A stretch of DNA of 64,000 nt from Trichosphaerium sp. ATCC 40318. Taxonomy: Eukaryota; Protista; Tubulinea. Below the pieces are notes generated by a model. The model was not told the DNA's origin. It ran no database searches and saw nothing but the letters and a program-made list of their open reading frames with translations. Shown piece by piece: positions 40,031 through 52,325 of this stretch (its first letter is position 1; each line of letters begins with the position of its first letter). A program made the position numbers and the translations under genes. The stretch covers positions 310,001 to 374,000 of the forward strand of contig JALMLS010000204.1 in assembly GCA_038496445.1 (NCBI GenBank). Reading direction: 5' to 3'.

Positions 40031-42799
40031 TTACTGTAGTAACGCTAATAGATCGCTTGTTTCATGTTCTAGAGATGCTAGAATATCATCCAACTGCGAA
40101 GACTCTAATAATTTATTAATTCAAAAGAAGAGAACCCAATTCACAAACAAAATATTTTTGAAGAAAAAGGTTAGACCTTGTTGGTCTTGACGTACTTCTG
40201 TACAAAACCTTTTTACTTTTACGTGGAGGTGATAAAGCTCTAGCACTTTTATTAGTACTAGTAAAGCTATTCCAAAACTCATCATCAGCATCCAAGTTAA
40301 GCATATCGAGGTTTGAAGTATCCAAAACATTAGATTCTCCACCACTTTCACCGCTATTACCAGCAGCTTGTTGCCTCTTTTTAAGTAGATGAGGTCCGAA
40401 AGATGCTTCTGAGGATTTAGGACCATTACTAGACGTATTTGATATTGTAATAGTTGGGTTTCTTTCAGCTCTCTTTTTAGCAAGCTGAGAGACAATACTT
40501 CCCAAAGAAAACATATTATCGGCCACTTGTTCTCGCTTATGTTGAGAAGGCTAAGCGCTTAAATTAGCGTACTCTACAACATTAACACTTTACGTACGCC
40601 TCCAGTTTTCCTGAGTTGTACACCAGCTTTAATTTGATCTATTAATGCGGCTAGTAGTAGCGTTTAGTACGTATAAAGTAGGTAATATACGTACTTGTTA
40701 TTGGATCAAGTCTTGAACGTTGTCCTGTTTTATTGATTTTAAGTGCTGTGCTAGCAGAACTCATTGGTGGTAATGGAGGAGGTGGTGGTGCAGCTATAAG
40801 TATTGTTTAAGTCAAGGAAGCAGTTTGTATTGTTTCTATAGCACTTACGGCCGAGCTCCAAAGGACCAGTGAACATATCAAGTACTATATGGAGAGTTAA
40901 TAAGTGCAACACGTGTTTCTTTTTTAATACTTGTGGACGTACTACTGTCATCATTAGAGCTAGGGAATGTTTCCGACTCTAGCTGTTTGACTCTATCTTC
41001 TGCCCTTTCTGCACGTGTTAAGGCTTCTTGGAGTTTCTAGAAAGATAAAGTTAATGACATAAAATCATTACACTACTAAAGGTTTTTTTGAATATGAACA
41101 GTTACCTTTTGTAGTTCGGCTGTATCGGTTCCAACTTCGAAGTTGTCTATGTTCTGTAGTGGCTTTATCTAGTATAAATTAAACTAAAGACTTGTTTTAG
41201 AGCGAACATTTGCTAATTTTTCTTGAGCTTCTTTTAAATCTTTTTCAAGTTTTAATCTAATCTCCTTTTGTGTTTCTTTATCTTTTTTTATTGCCTCAAC
41301 TAGACGCCCTGTCTTGCTCTAAGAGTACTTATATAAGCTCCACAATCTTAATTACTTACACAAACAACAATTTATATGAACTACGTACTTGTATCTGAGC
41401 TGTAAGCACCTCTGCATTTCGAGCTCTTTTTAAAATACATTAACAAAAAACGCAATGGCTATCTATAGTTTACCTTTCTTCTGCTTGAAGAGCTCTACTC
41501 TCCAAGTCTGAACTACTAGTTTGCAGTCTTACAGAATTCTCTCCTTTAACAATAGCTAACTAAAGAAACAAGTAAACAATCAGCGAACCATACAAGACCT
41601 TAAAATGGTTTTTTTTACCTCTTCTAGCTTATTTCGAAGTTCGTTCCTTAAAACCTCATTTTGCCTTTTTACAACAGCCATTTCATTCTCTAGTATCTCA
41701 TAATGCGTTTCACCATCAATTAACTTTACTTTCATCTCTTGTAAAATAGAACCAAATCTTTGTTTTTCATCTTTCAAAGTTTGACATCCTTCCCTAAGAC
41801 GTCTAATAACCTCTATTTTACAAGTTAAAAAATTAATCACGAAAGAAAAATGCTTTAGTTCAAATCATTCAAACTCTTCGCTTTTTTTCGCCCCCACTCC
41901 TTGAAGATACTGTGTTTATAAGCGAAACAAACGCTATGTCTTTGTGGGGTGAGGGATAAAAGTTGGATTGGTGAGCTGTGATTATGTCAGAGGTCTATTT
42001 CTTTCTTACCAATTGAGAACTTTAGTTTTTTTGGATACTCCTCTATTTCAGCCTTTAGCTGAATATTTTCGCTCTCTATTTGGTCTAGCTGATCACTAAG
42101 CTGTACTACTAGTCCTTCAGCCTCGTTTGCTCTTAAAACAATTTAGTAACCTTCCCAATGCAAGACAAAAAAAAGATGTCGGTTTACCGTGACTCAGCTT
42201 CTTGATACTGCTCTAGAGCAGCTGGATTACCAGCGTTGCCATCATTTATCTAATTTGGAATGACATTACTAATTTTGGTTGAAACGATCTGAGAATACTG
42301 TACCTGTGCCAGTACAGATTGGTGCCTGACTCGCTCAGATTTTATTACACCTACTAGTTGAATCATCTTTTGCTCGTATTCGTTGGCTCTTATTGTTTCA
42401 TCATCTAGCGCTTCTGAGAGCTTGTTGAATTCCTACCAAGCGTTCTATGAGCGAAAAAATAGTCCAGTACAAATGCAAAGGGTAAAAATACCCTAAACGT
42501 ACGTTTTCGGCACTTTCTCGCTCTTGGTGAACTGCTTCAGCGAGTGCTTCCAGTTTTTGTTCAGTAGCCAATGCATGTAGTTTTAACTCGTCGTACTTGC
42601 TTTGCCAGTACGTTTCATCTGCCGTAATAGCCTCAAACGGCGCTTGCTAGCGATTTCTGTAAGCTAATTGTGTAAAATCGCTTTGTAGTACCTGTGGTAC
42701 TGCCTCGGGTTCTGGTGCTCGTGGTGTGACATCCGATGATGCTAGCGCATCAATTTCCGCCTCTAAGCTAAATAAGATGCTGTCTACGTTTTCATCCAT
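40031..42799 (-). CDS. Coiled-coil protein with polyproline and WH2-like motif (putative actin regulator)
   Basis: Long heptad exons; APPPPPLPP; ALIDQIKAGVQLRKT (WH2-like helix + LRKT); LD-like helices at both termini. Confidence 0.6.
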
Positions 42800-43203
42800 G
42801 AATTCCATCGCTAGCGCGGCTAATAAGCCGATAATAACAAGTCTGCTTCGGTATACAAAAAAAGTCAACGGTAGCTACCGTTTTACGATTTGTTGCGGAA
42901 GAATGATAGCCGCTTCGTCTAAACCTCCAACTAGCAAATCGAAGCTAAATTACGCTCATTGCCTGTAAACATAAGCTGAGATATTTATTGTTGCACGTGA
43001 TTTGTTGACTGTAGAACAACCTTTGGCCCGCTGTAGTTTCCGTTTCTTCCTGGTTGTATATTGCTGATTTGACGCACGTGGTCTTTAGTTAGCCCAGAAA
43101 TAGGAAACCTGATAAGTCAGAAAGGAAGTTTAGAAACTTGTTTTCACATAAAAAGTGTAAAGCAATCTGTTACAAAACCGCAATTCTCTCATCTTATTTT
43201 GGT

Positions 43204-44223
43204 ATGATGGCTTCGGCCAAGCAGGCTAGAATTGTTGAAATAAACGTTGGTGGCGAGGTATTCGTTACTCTCCTTTCGACACTGTGCTCTGTGCCTGGTT
43301 CAATGCTTGAAGCTGCCTTTTCTGGTCGCCATACCTTGCTAAAGGACGCAAATGGCAGGTATCGCTGTTTTACGCTTTATCACATTACAAACATCAAGTA
43401 CTAGGCATTTTCTAGACCGCGATCCAAATTACTTCCGATATGTGCTCAACTACTTGCGATCTAGTAAGTTACGACTACCAGAGGTACTATTGAGTTATTA
43501 TTGTGGCTCTACAAAGAACATGACATCAATCGTTTCTAACTTTCCTTAGGATAGCGTCCAAGCGCAAGTACGTACCGAAAACAATGCGTGTCACTTTAAA
43601 ATCACCAATATTAATTTTCTATCAGTACGTTATGGACGAATTTAGCTACTTTGGCGTTACACCGCGAGAAAGCAAGCTAGAAACGCCGAACATATGGCGA
43701 AAAGAAGAATTTGTAAATTGTAAACTAGTAACGCTTCAAGAAGCACTTCACAAGTTTGTACAGCCTACAGAATGTAGAACAGTGATGCTACAAAAGTATA
43801 GAATTAATTGGATTGAAGTGTCAATGGTACGTTTGAAGTTATTTCGAAATAGAAAAAAAAAACGCCTTCAGCCTTCTCTACTTCCATGTAGAGCTAATGA
43901 CTCAACTCCATACTAGGGAAGCACACAGTATTATTATATAAACGCATCACACGATAGCATAGATGGACAGCAAGTGCTCATGTGGTTAGTAGCGAATAAG
44001 TACGAGTTCATCATGCAGGCACGTTTTTCTTTTTCACATAACTTTTGTTTTTTGTTGATCTCATGGAATTGTATTGATTTTCTCTGTTGTTTATTGTTAT
44101 TAGCATCTCCAGCATTATGTCATGCAAAAGAGATGGCCTTGGCATCATGTAAAGCAGAACACAGCCAATGAAAAGAAATTAAAAAAATTAAAGAAAGGTC
44201 TAGCAAACAGCTCACCGCAGTAA
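43204..44223 (+). CDS. KCTD-type BTB/POZ (T1) domain protein
   Basis: IVEINVGGEVFVTLLSTLCSVPGSMLEAAFSG..KDANGRHFLDRDPNYFRYVLNYLR..EFSYFG. Confidence 0.88.
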
Positions 44224-44687
44224 CCTTGCAACGCTTTTATTTTTATTAAGCAAGCAGCCAACCATGTATTAGTACAAATAATAAACAAATAGATTGTTTT
44301 CATACGTACCATTACTAGTGGAGGTAAGCTGTTAAGAGAATACTTTACTCTACCATCTTTAAAATCTCGAGATTCTTCGGGTTTTTTAAATCCCATGTCG
44401 AACTGTTGCGCTATCTTTTGCCCTAGTAACTGACGAGTCAAAACAACATAAAGAAAGAAGTTGTCACTTTGGGAATATTAAGGTAATCAAAAGGGTAGAT
44501 GCTTTTGTTTTTACACGCACAGTGACGTGCAAACTTCTGTCGTAATAATAATCCATAATAAACCAATATAAATTGCCAGTAAAGGTATATGTGCTTCCAA
44601 TTGTCCCCGACAAACGACAAATGGCGTATTTGTTTTTTTTTACTACAATACTAAATGTGATCTTTACTCCTATTGACTACCAAAACG

Positions 44688-47496
44688 ATGAAGAGATCAA
44701 GGAAAAGCAGCATCTCTAGCAAGGTCACCCACTTTGGTTCTGACTTGTTAACAAAGGCTATTGCCACATCAGAAGGATCTCTTTCTGAAAAACCAGCTAT
44801 AGAGCTAAAAAGACGTATAGAGAGTCGTGTGGTCCTCCATCCAAAGTCCTCAAGCGAAATGAAGCTTGTAAACTCATTTAAGGAGTGTAAGCATGATATT
44901 AAAGAGATAAAGTTCTCAACGTTATTCTATTGCGTAAGGTATGTCATATGTTGAATCCCACACGTGCTTGAACGCTTTTAAGGGTAAAATAGGCAAAAAA
45001 AGAAAAAACGCTTCGTTTTATTCCTTTTTTAGACTAATGACGTAATAAGCTTCAAGAACTCTCCGTTACTACGCCTTCACTTTGCCAAACGATCTCCTGG
45101 CGTTGTAGACTATAAATCGGATATTTTAGCTATTGAAGTGTTAGGAGAACATATTTTGTCCCTACACGCCGATAAAACACTCCGAGTACGTAGTTTTTAC
45201 CTTTTATACACGTCTAGTTTTGAATCACGTACCCTTCGTAACATCAAAAAGGTGATGGATAGCAGTACAGGCGATATTACAACCTCAAAGATACCACCAA
45301 TAGCAAAAACAGAGTCTTTAATCCAGCTTGTTGCTACAAGGAAGTATGTAGCTATAATTGGCATCAACTACCTGCATACTATTGAACGCCACGATAAGGT
45401 TTCTTTCCTCGTTAATACATTCCAATCTACAAAGCTGAGTATGCAGCCAAAGGTACAGTAATATAGTAGTATTATTTTGCACTTTTTTTTTGGAGTTTAT
45501 TTTCTTGAATCATTGTTGACTCACGTGTTTTATATAGGCATCTCTTACAAGCGCTGCCGGTGAACTTATTTGTATTGGATCTACTAGCGGGTTTTCTTTA
45601 CATAATATGAAGACGTCCGTTAAGTTACAAGAAGTTAAGCTTGGACACTATGAGAATTTTATTCGTGTTGCTTTCTGTGGCATGTGCGTTGTTGGATCTA
45701 CTGGCCATGGACTTAAACTATGGAATTTCTCTACAGCAGGTACATTTCTATACAAAACAAGCGAGCTATAGTTTACGAAGTACGCAGATATTGGTCAAAA
45801 GGGAGACAAACCAATTAGCGACAGAAATATTGACGATGATCATTATTTGATGCTAGACGAAGAGTCTGGAACGCTCATCACTGCATTGCATATCGATGAA
45901 TCTTTTCTTCTTACTGGTGACGAAAATGGTAAAATAACACTGCGGTACGTAATCTCATTTGTCTCAACGCAACTTATTGACATGTTCGCAGACATGGCAG
46001 CAATGGAGAAAGTTATCATGCTCTAAACGGTAAAGAAACCTACACTAAGGATACAGATATTGGAATTAGAAAGTCCCTTGCACAGCTTGATCTTGCGCAA
46101 AGTATACTAAAATTATACCGTGTTGGTTCTTGTGTTATTGCTGGACACAAGGAAGGGTACCTTATTTTTTTGTAGCTAAAAATCAGTCTGATGAAACTTT
46201 AGATTTATCTCGATATGGTCTATTAATAAGAGAGATAAACGAACTCCACTCCTGTCCCATAAAGTAGGGCAGCCTGTAAAATCGTTCATTGTTTGTGAAA
46301 ATCTTTTGACAGCCCGTACGCTTATATTTTTATTGATTTTGTTTCTTGATACCAACTTTTTTTTCCAAGTTGCTTTTGAACCTGTCGAGCGAAATGTCAA
46401 GTTACTTACATGGACAATCGAAATGCCAACCTTCTTCAAAGAAAATCCGTTGACAGGAAAGAAAGGTTCCAACGCTGTAACAAAAACAACGTATCAAGAA
46501 TATGTCGAGACATTCAAGAATCCAGTTCATTGGGCAGAGACCGAAATTCAAAAGAACGTATTCACTGTTCTGGTGTTCGTGAGATCAGGTGATGACCAAT
46601 TCTGCTCGGTACGATTATTTTGATATATCCTAAAGCGTGTTAAAGGGTAGGACTTCAATTGTTCTACATTCACGTGCTACAAGAACAAAAAAAGTTGCAA
46701 GATTCTTATTTTTTGTTGTAGCGCTTCTTGACCCGTTGGAATGCAATGAGTCAGTACATTGACGAGATAGGAGCTAAAATATTCGCTATATCTGCAGAAA
46801 GACCAGAAAAGGTCAAGGCGTGGAAACAAGAGTTATTCTTTCCTGGTATTTCGGATAGAAAGAATAATCTTGCAAGATTCTTTAATGTTCATTTAACAAA
46901 AAAGAAAGGTTTCGAATTCAAAATGCCGGAATCTGGTACGCTTATCTCTTAGTCACTAATGTCATACTCATAATATGATTGATAGCTGTTATTGTACTTA
47001 CTAATAAGCGCGATATCATATTTGATTGGCGTAACAAACCTGTGCTCCGTAATCTAATGGGCGGGAAAGAAAGGTGAGTTTTTCCTGCTTTTTTCTCATT
47101 AAAGTTACAGTGCACAACCTTATTTTTTATTCTAGACCCGATCCATATGATATCATGCTTGTAATATTTGATTATGTTCTTAACTTGGAAGCAGGTAAGC
47201 TCCTAGTATGTAAAAAGCACCCTCTCAAACGCCTAGGGAATACAACTTGTTTGGATGCTAAGGTTAAAGTACATTTCGGTTGTCCTCTCACAAAGGTTGG
47301 GTGGAACTCATGGGATTTAGCTGTACGCAATTAATTGTTTTGGCTTTTGTTCTTATCAATTACTTTATAGAAATGGAAGACACGTATTGAGGCAGAGAAG
47401 CAAGCAAAGAATAATCGAGTTGAGTCTGGAAAACAAAAAGATTCGACTTCTGAAATGGTTACTAAAGCTAGTATCAAAGTATCTGTTTGTTTGTAG
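44688..47496 (+). CDS. WD40-like beta-propeller fused to a C-terminal peroxiredoxin/AhpC-TSA-like domain
   Basis: Propeller blades (GHGLKLWNF, LLTGDENGKITL, IAGHKEGFISIWS) splice in frame into VLVFVRSGDDQFCS..GAKIFAISAE..FPGISDRKNNLARFFNV..AVIVL..RPDPYDI. Confidence 0.6.
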
Positions 47497-48433
47497 AAAA
47501 AACTGTTGGCATTATTTGCTTTGTTGTATATTTGTATAAATGTTAAAAACAAAATTAAAATCGCTTTATAACAACGAGTCTAGAACGCTTAAACCCATGC
47601 TACGGAGTTTCGAAATGGTTACAAAATCTATCAATTGTGAGAATAAAGCAAGATTGTATTCTCTATTCTATAGGCTAGCTTGTCTTCAATGAAGGATGTG
47701 TTGTGATAGCTTGATATTTAAGTAGGGCTCTTGCTATATCGGTGAATGATAGCTACAAGTGGACAGAAAATTGCTGGTACAAGGGCCTTTCTGTCGTGTC
47801 AAGAGGTTCTATTTGCCAGCTGTCTTAAAGAAGGTTTCATGACTTAGCCCTTGCGCCTTGTAAAACAACTTGGGTTACAAGTCTGCCGTCTCGCTGATAC
47901 ATTTTGTGAACGTTGCACAAGATATTCTGCAAGGCCTGACTTATTAGCAAACCTGCTTAATCACAAATCCTTGTTCGCTTTACGAAATAGCCGCTAATTA
48001 GTGCGAAAAACACTAGAAACCACTCTTAAAAACCGTTTTAACTACAATTTGTTGTTTAATAGCGTATGGTACGTAAAATGCCACTTCAAAACAGTTGCAC
48101 CCACTTTATATAAGCTACACCATACGTTTTTCAACCAAAACTCGGCTTTAGTCAGTGCAAGCTATCTTTTACTCCGTAAAAAGGGGACCATAGTTTTTTA
48201 CGAATTTTCCGAAAACAAAAATTCGAAAAAATAGAATTCGTAGAAAGATGCATAGCTAGGGCAGTCCACTAAACTACAAAGCGCCTGGTTCACTTACGGT
48301 CGGGTCCTCGCTGTGCTCGGAACTAGAACCCGACCTTCGCTCACATATAGTGATCCATAAAAAGCACAAAACCTACACTAGCCTTGTAATTCATAGCTAA
48401 AGAGAATCTCCTCTGACCTTTTTATTCTTGTAG

Positions 48434-49651
48434 TCTCATTCGAAGAATAAAAAGATAGACAGCAAACTTGGTCGTTTGAGTTTACTGGATATTCCATGTG
48501 AACTTCAAACTTATATTTGTACTTTCAACATAGAAGCATTCACAAAATTCCACAGCCTATCGAAGAGAGCTGCAATTAATACACATTTTGATGAAACACT
48601 ACAAAGGAAAGGATTATGGATACAATGGTATAAAAGTGGCAAAGTAAAGTGTTATATACACATAGGGAGTGGGGTGTCTAAAGAATGGTATGAGAGTGGA
48701 CAATTGAGGTTCAAGAGCATGTGGGTTGACAACAAACAAAATGGTGAGAGTAAGGAATGGTATGAGAACGGGCAACTAAAAGGAAAGCATGTATGGGTTG
48801 ATGATAATCGGCATGGCGAAAGTAAGGTGTGGTATGAGGGCGGACAACTAAAAGGACAGTATACGTTTGTTGCTGGTAAACTGTGTGGTGAGAATAAGGG
48901 ATGGTATGAGAGTGGTCAACTAAAGGAACAGTATATGTTTGTTGATGATTTTCTAAATGGTGAGAGTAACGAATGGTATGAGAATGGACAACTTCGTACA
49001 CAAACCATGTGGGTTAATAATAAAGAGCACGGTGAAAGCAAATCATGGTATAAGAGTGGGCAACTAAAGGATCATCAGACATTTGTAGATGGTGAGCTGA
49101 ATGGTGAGTGTAAAGGATGGTATGAGAATGGGCAGCTTCAGGGTCAATTGACGTGGGTTGATGGTAAAGCACATGGTGAATGTAAAGCATGGTATGAGAG
49201 CGGACAACTAAAGGAATATAAGACATTTGTAGATGATAAACAGAATGGTGAGTGTAAAGAATGGTATGAGAACGGACAGCTGCAAGGACAGCATATATGG
49301 GTTGATGATAATAGGCATGGCGAAAGTAAGGTGTGGTATGAGGACGGACAAGTTAAGGAACATTACATGTTTGTTGATGATAAACAGCATGGTGAGTGTA
49401 AAACATGGTATGAGAGCGGACAACTAAAGGAACAGTGCATGTGGGTTGATGGTAAACCGCATGGTGAAAGTAAAGAATGGCATGCTAATGGGACGCTTGA
49501 GGGACAAGGCATGTGGGTTGATGGTAAACCGCATGGTGAAATTAAGAGATGGTATGAGAATGGGCAACTCGCTGAACTAAGTACATTTATTGATGGGAAA
49601 CCGAACAATGAAACCAAGGAATGGTATGAGAACGGACAAATAAAACAATAA
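48434..49651 (+). CDS. F-box-like + MORN-variant (YwqK-like) repeat protein; terminal exon, upstream exon not located
   Basis: LLDIPCELQTYIC followed by about 14 repeats of WYExGQL. No ATG; the frame opens right after an acceptor-like TTCTTGTAG ending at 48433. Confidence 0.8.
   Translation, partial: SHSKNKKIDSKLGRLSLLDIPCELQTYICTFNIEAFTKFHSLSKRAAINTHFDETLQRKGLWIQWYKSGKVKCYIHIGSGVSKEWYESGQLRFKSMWVDNKQNGESKEWYENGQLKGKHVWVDDNRHGESKVWYEGGQLKGQYTFVAGKLCGENKGWYESGQLKEQYMFVDDFLNGESNEWYENGQLRTQTMWVNNKEHGESKSWYKSGQLKDHQTFVDGELNGECKGWYENGQLQGQLTWVDGKAHGECKAWYESGQLKEYKTFVDDKQNGECKEWYENGQLQGQHIWVDDNRHGESKVWYEDGQVKEHYMFVDDKQHGECKTWYESGQLKEQCMWVDGKPHGESKEWHANGTLEGQGMWVDGKPHGEIKRWYENGQLAELSTFIDGKPNNETKEWYENGQIKQ
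48670..49645 (+). repeat. Tandem 72-bp (24-aa) coding repeat array
   Basis: The unit TGGTATGAGAxxGGACAACT recurs with 72-bp period. Near-identical copies at ca. 48795 vs 49299 and ca. 49437 vs 49509. Confidence 0.9.
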
Positions 49652-49718
49652 AATTGGAATCCGATTCTACTCAGCTGAATAAAACGTTTTATTATTATGT
49701 ACAATAACGTTGTCACAG

Positions 49719-51568
49719 TCACAGTTTGTTAACATGAAATAAAGGTTCATACTTATACTTTTGAATAGTTGCAAACTCTAATTCAACTGAGTTTGGTTTG
49801 TCTGTTTCTGTCCAATTGAACTGTTGAACAAGTGATGGAATTGCCTTGTACAACAAAGTGATTGCTATACGTTCTCCAGGACATCTCCTAACACCTTGTC
49901 CAAATGGATTGATTTTTGTTTGCTGTGGCTTCTCCCATCTGGATGGATTAAACTTTGATGGTTCGTCCCAAGTATCATTGTAACATTCAGATTGATGCAT
50001 CAAATAAACGATTGACTAGTAAAAAAAGGTGAGTATGAAGAAATTGTTTAAAAAAGGAATCACGTGATAGGTGACAGTACTTACGTTTTTAGGTACATTG
50101 TATCCGCCTATTGTAACACTTTCTCTCGCTTTGTGAGGTACTTGAAGAGGTGCTATAGGTTTGATTCTGAAGACTTCTTGTACAAAGTTCTTTAGGTAAC
50201 TGATTGCTTGAAGCTCCTAGTGTCGTGTTAGTCTTTTGTTTTTTGATGAAGTTTCAATTACCTTAACAGACATTGATGATATATCTTTATCCCCTATCGC
50301 TTCTCTGAGCTTAACTTGAATATCAGGATGTTTGGAAAGCATTGTAAATGCGCTATGAGCAAAGTGTCAGAGCTTGAAATTTTAGCTATTTTTTCACTAC
50401 ATACGTTTGCAAACCATGTGCTGTTGTATCGAAACCAGCCGCTACCATTTCGTTGAGAAACGCAATAAGCTCTCCATCAGTTTTTTCAGGCATAGAAGTC
50501 AAGATTATATCAAGCCAATGTCTTGTTTCTTCTGGATCATAAGTGTCACGTGCGTTTTTAACAATATCCCCAAAAATCTGATTTCGCTGTTCCAAAAGAG
50601 ATGAAAACTCTGCAACCTTGAGGTTGATGTTAGTTTACGGTTATGGTGTCAAAGCAAACGTACTCTTTTTGTTTCCAATACGGAGCACATTGGAAAGATA
50701 TCTTGCAAGAAAGGAACAAGAGCGCCTTCCATCACTGCTTTTGATACTTTGAATAGGTCTGATAGCTCATTGTTGTCCTTTTTATACGCTCTTATACCGA
50801 ACAATAGAGTTGTTATCATATTGAAAGTCATCGCATATGACACTTCACTTCCGGTTACAACTTCACCATCTTTGGATCTTTGTGTAAAAGCAGTGATAGC
50901 TGCATTTATCTCGTTGTCGATTATTTTATTTATTTTCTATTGAAAAAAAAAGTAAGAAGTTTGGTGTCACAATTTGTATTGGTTACCTTCATTCCTTTTC
51001 CAGAAGCTAAATCGTTCTTGAAAATGTATCTGTAACCCTTATGGTAATCGTTATGGTCAGAGGTAACACACCCTATTCATGCGTTAGCGGTAAAAAGAGA
51101 GATTCTTTCAAACTTGCCTCCTCTTGGGTCTGTACTGTAGATTGTTCTTAGAGCGTGAAAGTCATTCAATGGTCTATCTGATAATACGTTTCTGTGTTTT
51201 ACTACTGCTTCTTTTATGAGAGAAGCATCTGATATAAAAACAAACTAGAGACACATGTGAGAAAAGCAGCGAACTCTTTTGATTTTTTTTTTAAGCGTAC
51301 TGTTTTAGAGCCAAAGTCCATACTGAAGATACCTCCGAGTTTGTTTGCGTAGTAAACTGCTGTACTAAAAGAAATGTTAGCTAGTCCTATAGCGGATTAC
51401 CAGTACGTACTTGACCATTTCCTTTGGATTTGTCCAGAGGTGAAGGTGACCAATAATTGGAACACTGAGTGGACTTGGAGGAAGACGCTTGCGAGATCTG
51501 TTCCAGTTTTTATAAAAAGTGGTTGCTACCACTAATGCTGCCAATGTAATTGCTATCAATAGAATCAT
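49719..51568 (-). CDS. Cytochrome P450
   Basis: N-terminal anchor plus LPPSP..PIIGHLH; I-helix AAGFDTT; ExxR (EVFR); FNPSRW; heme motif PFGQGVRRCPG. Confidence 0.93.
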
Positions 51569-52325
51569 TTGTTGTTACTTTAAGAATTTCTGTTGTGGTT
51601 GTTGCTTGGTTGTGTTTCTGATTTTGATTATTATTAACAACCCACGTGAACGTGGAAACGTCAACATTCAAATCTTGTTCAGTGAAAATAACTCATTCAT
51701 GAAAGTTAAGCCAACGCTTCATTTTCACGTGAACGATACTTCTCTTCATTTACTGAAAATTCATCGTCTTGGCTATAAACAAACAACGCTTTGCTCCCAA
51801 GAACTGTTTCGGTTTTCATTTGGTAAATCTGTATGATGCTATCCAAGAAACAACTTTATCCCGAAGTGACGTTTCTTGACGAGTCCGTTCGGTATAACAT
51901 ACTTTCGATTCCACGTCCTTGATACCGTGGTCTGTGTTTAGGGATAAAAACTTGCTGAGAAGCCAACGTCGCAATCTAACCACGAAAGAGTACTTTACCA
52001 TCGATATGTATCTTGGAACGTGAAACGAGCGATACGGACTCGGAACCCGCTCATCAACCGCCATGCGGATTCACAAATACGCACATGATGTAGTTAACGT
52101 CAGTCAACTTGTCCAAAGCAGATTGGATTCATTTCTGGATTTAGTGCATTCACGATAATTTAACAAGAAGCTGATGTAACATTAACTCATCAACACGGTC
52201 GCCAAGAAATAAGTGAGAACCGCACTATCTGAGTTTCCTGGGCTGATTTAATTTATCTTCCTCACTTGAATTCTATCAAAGTTTTAAGAAGCTTAACTTC
52301 TCTTATGAACAATCTAAAATTTATT

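Noticed and set aside
47600-48240. Possible short spliced gene on the - strand
   Set aside because: Only short open stretches; no consistent model.
48670-49645. Regular repeats as a CRISPR array or diversity-generating retroelement
   Set aside because: The repeats are in-frame coding units with no unique spacers, and there is no cas gene or reverse transcriptase in the window.
48434-49651. Endogenous giant-virus insertion
   Set aside because: No viral hallmark genes nearby, flanks are intron-rich host genes, and the paralog at 59691-60980 has introns.
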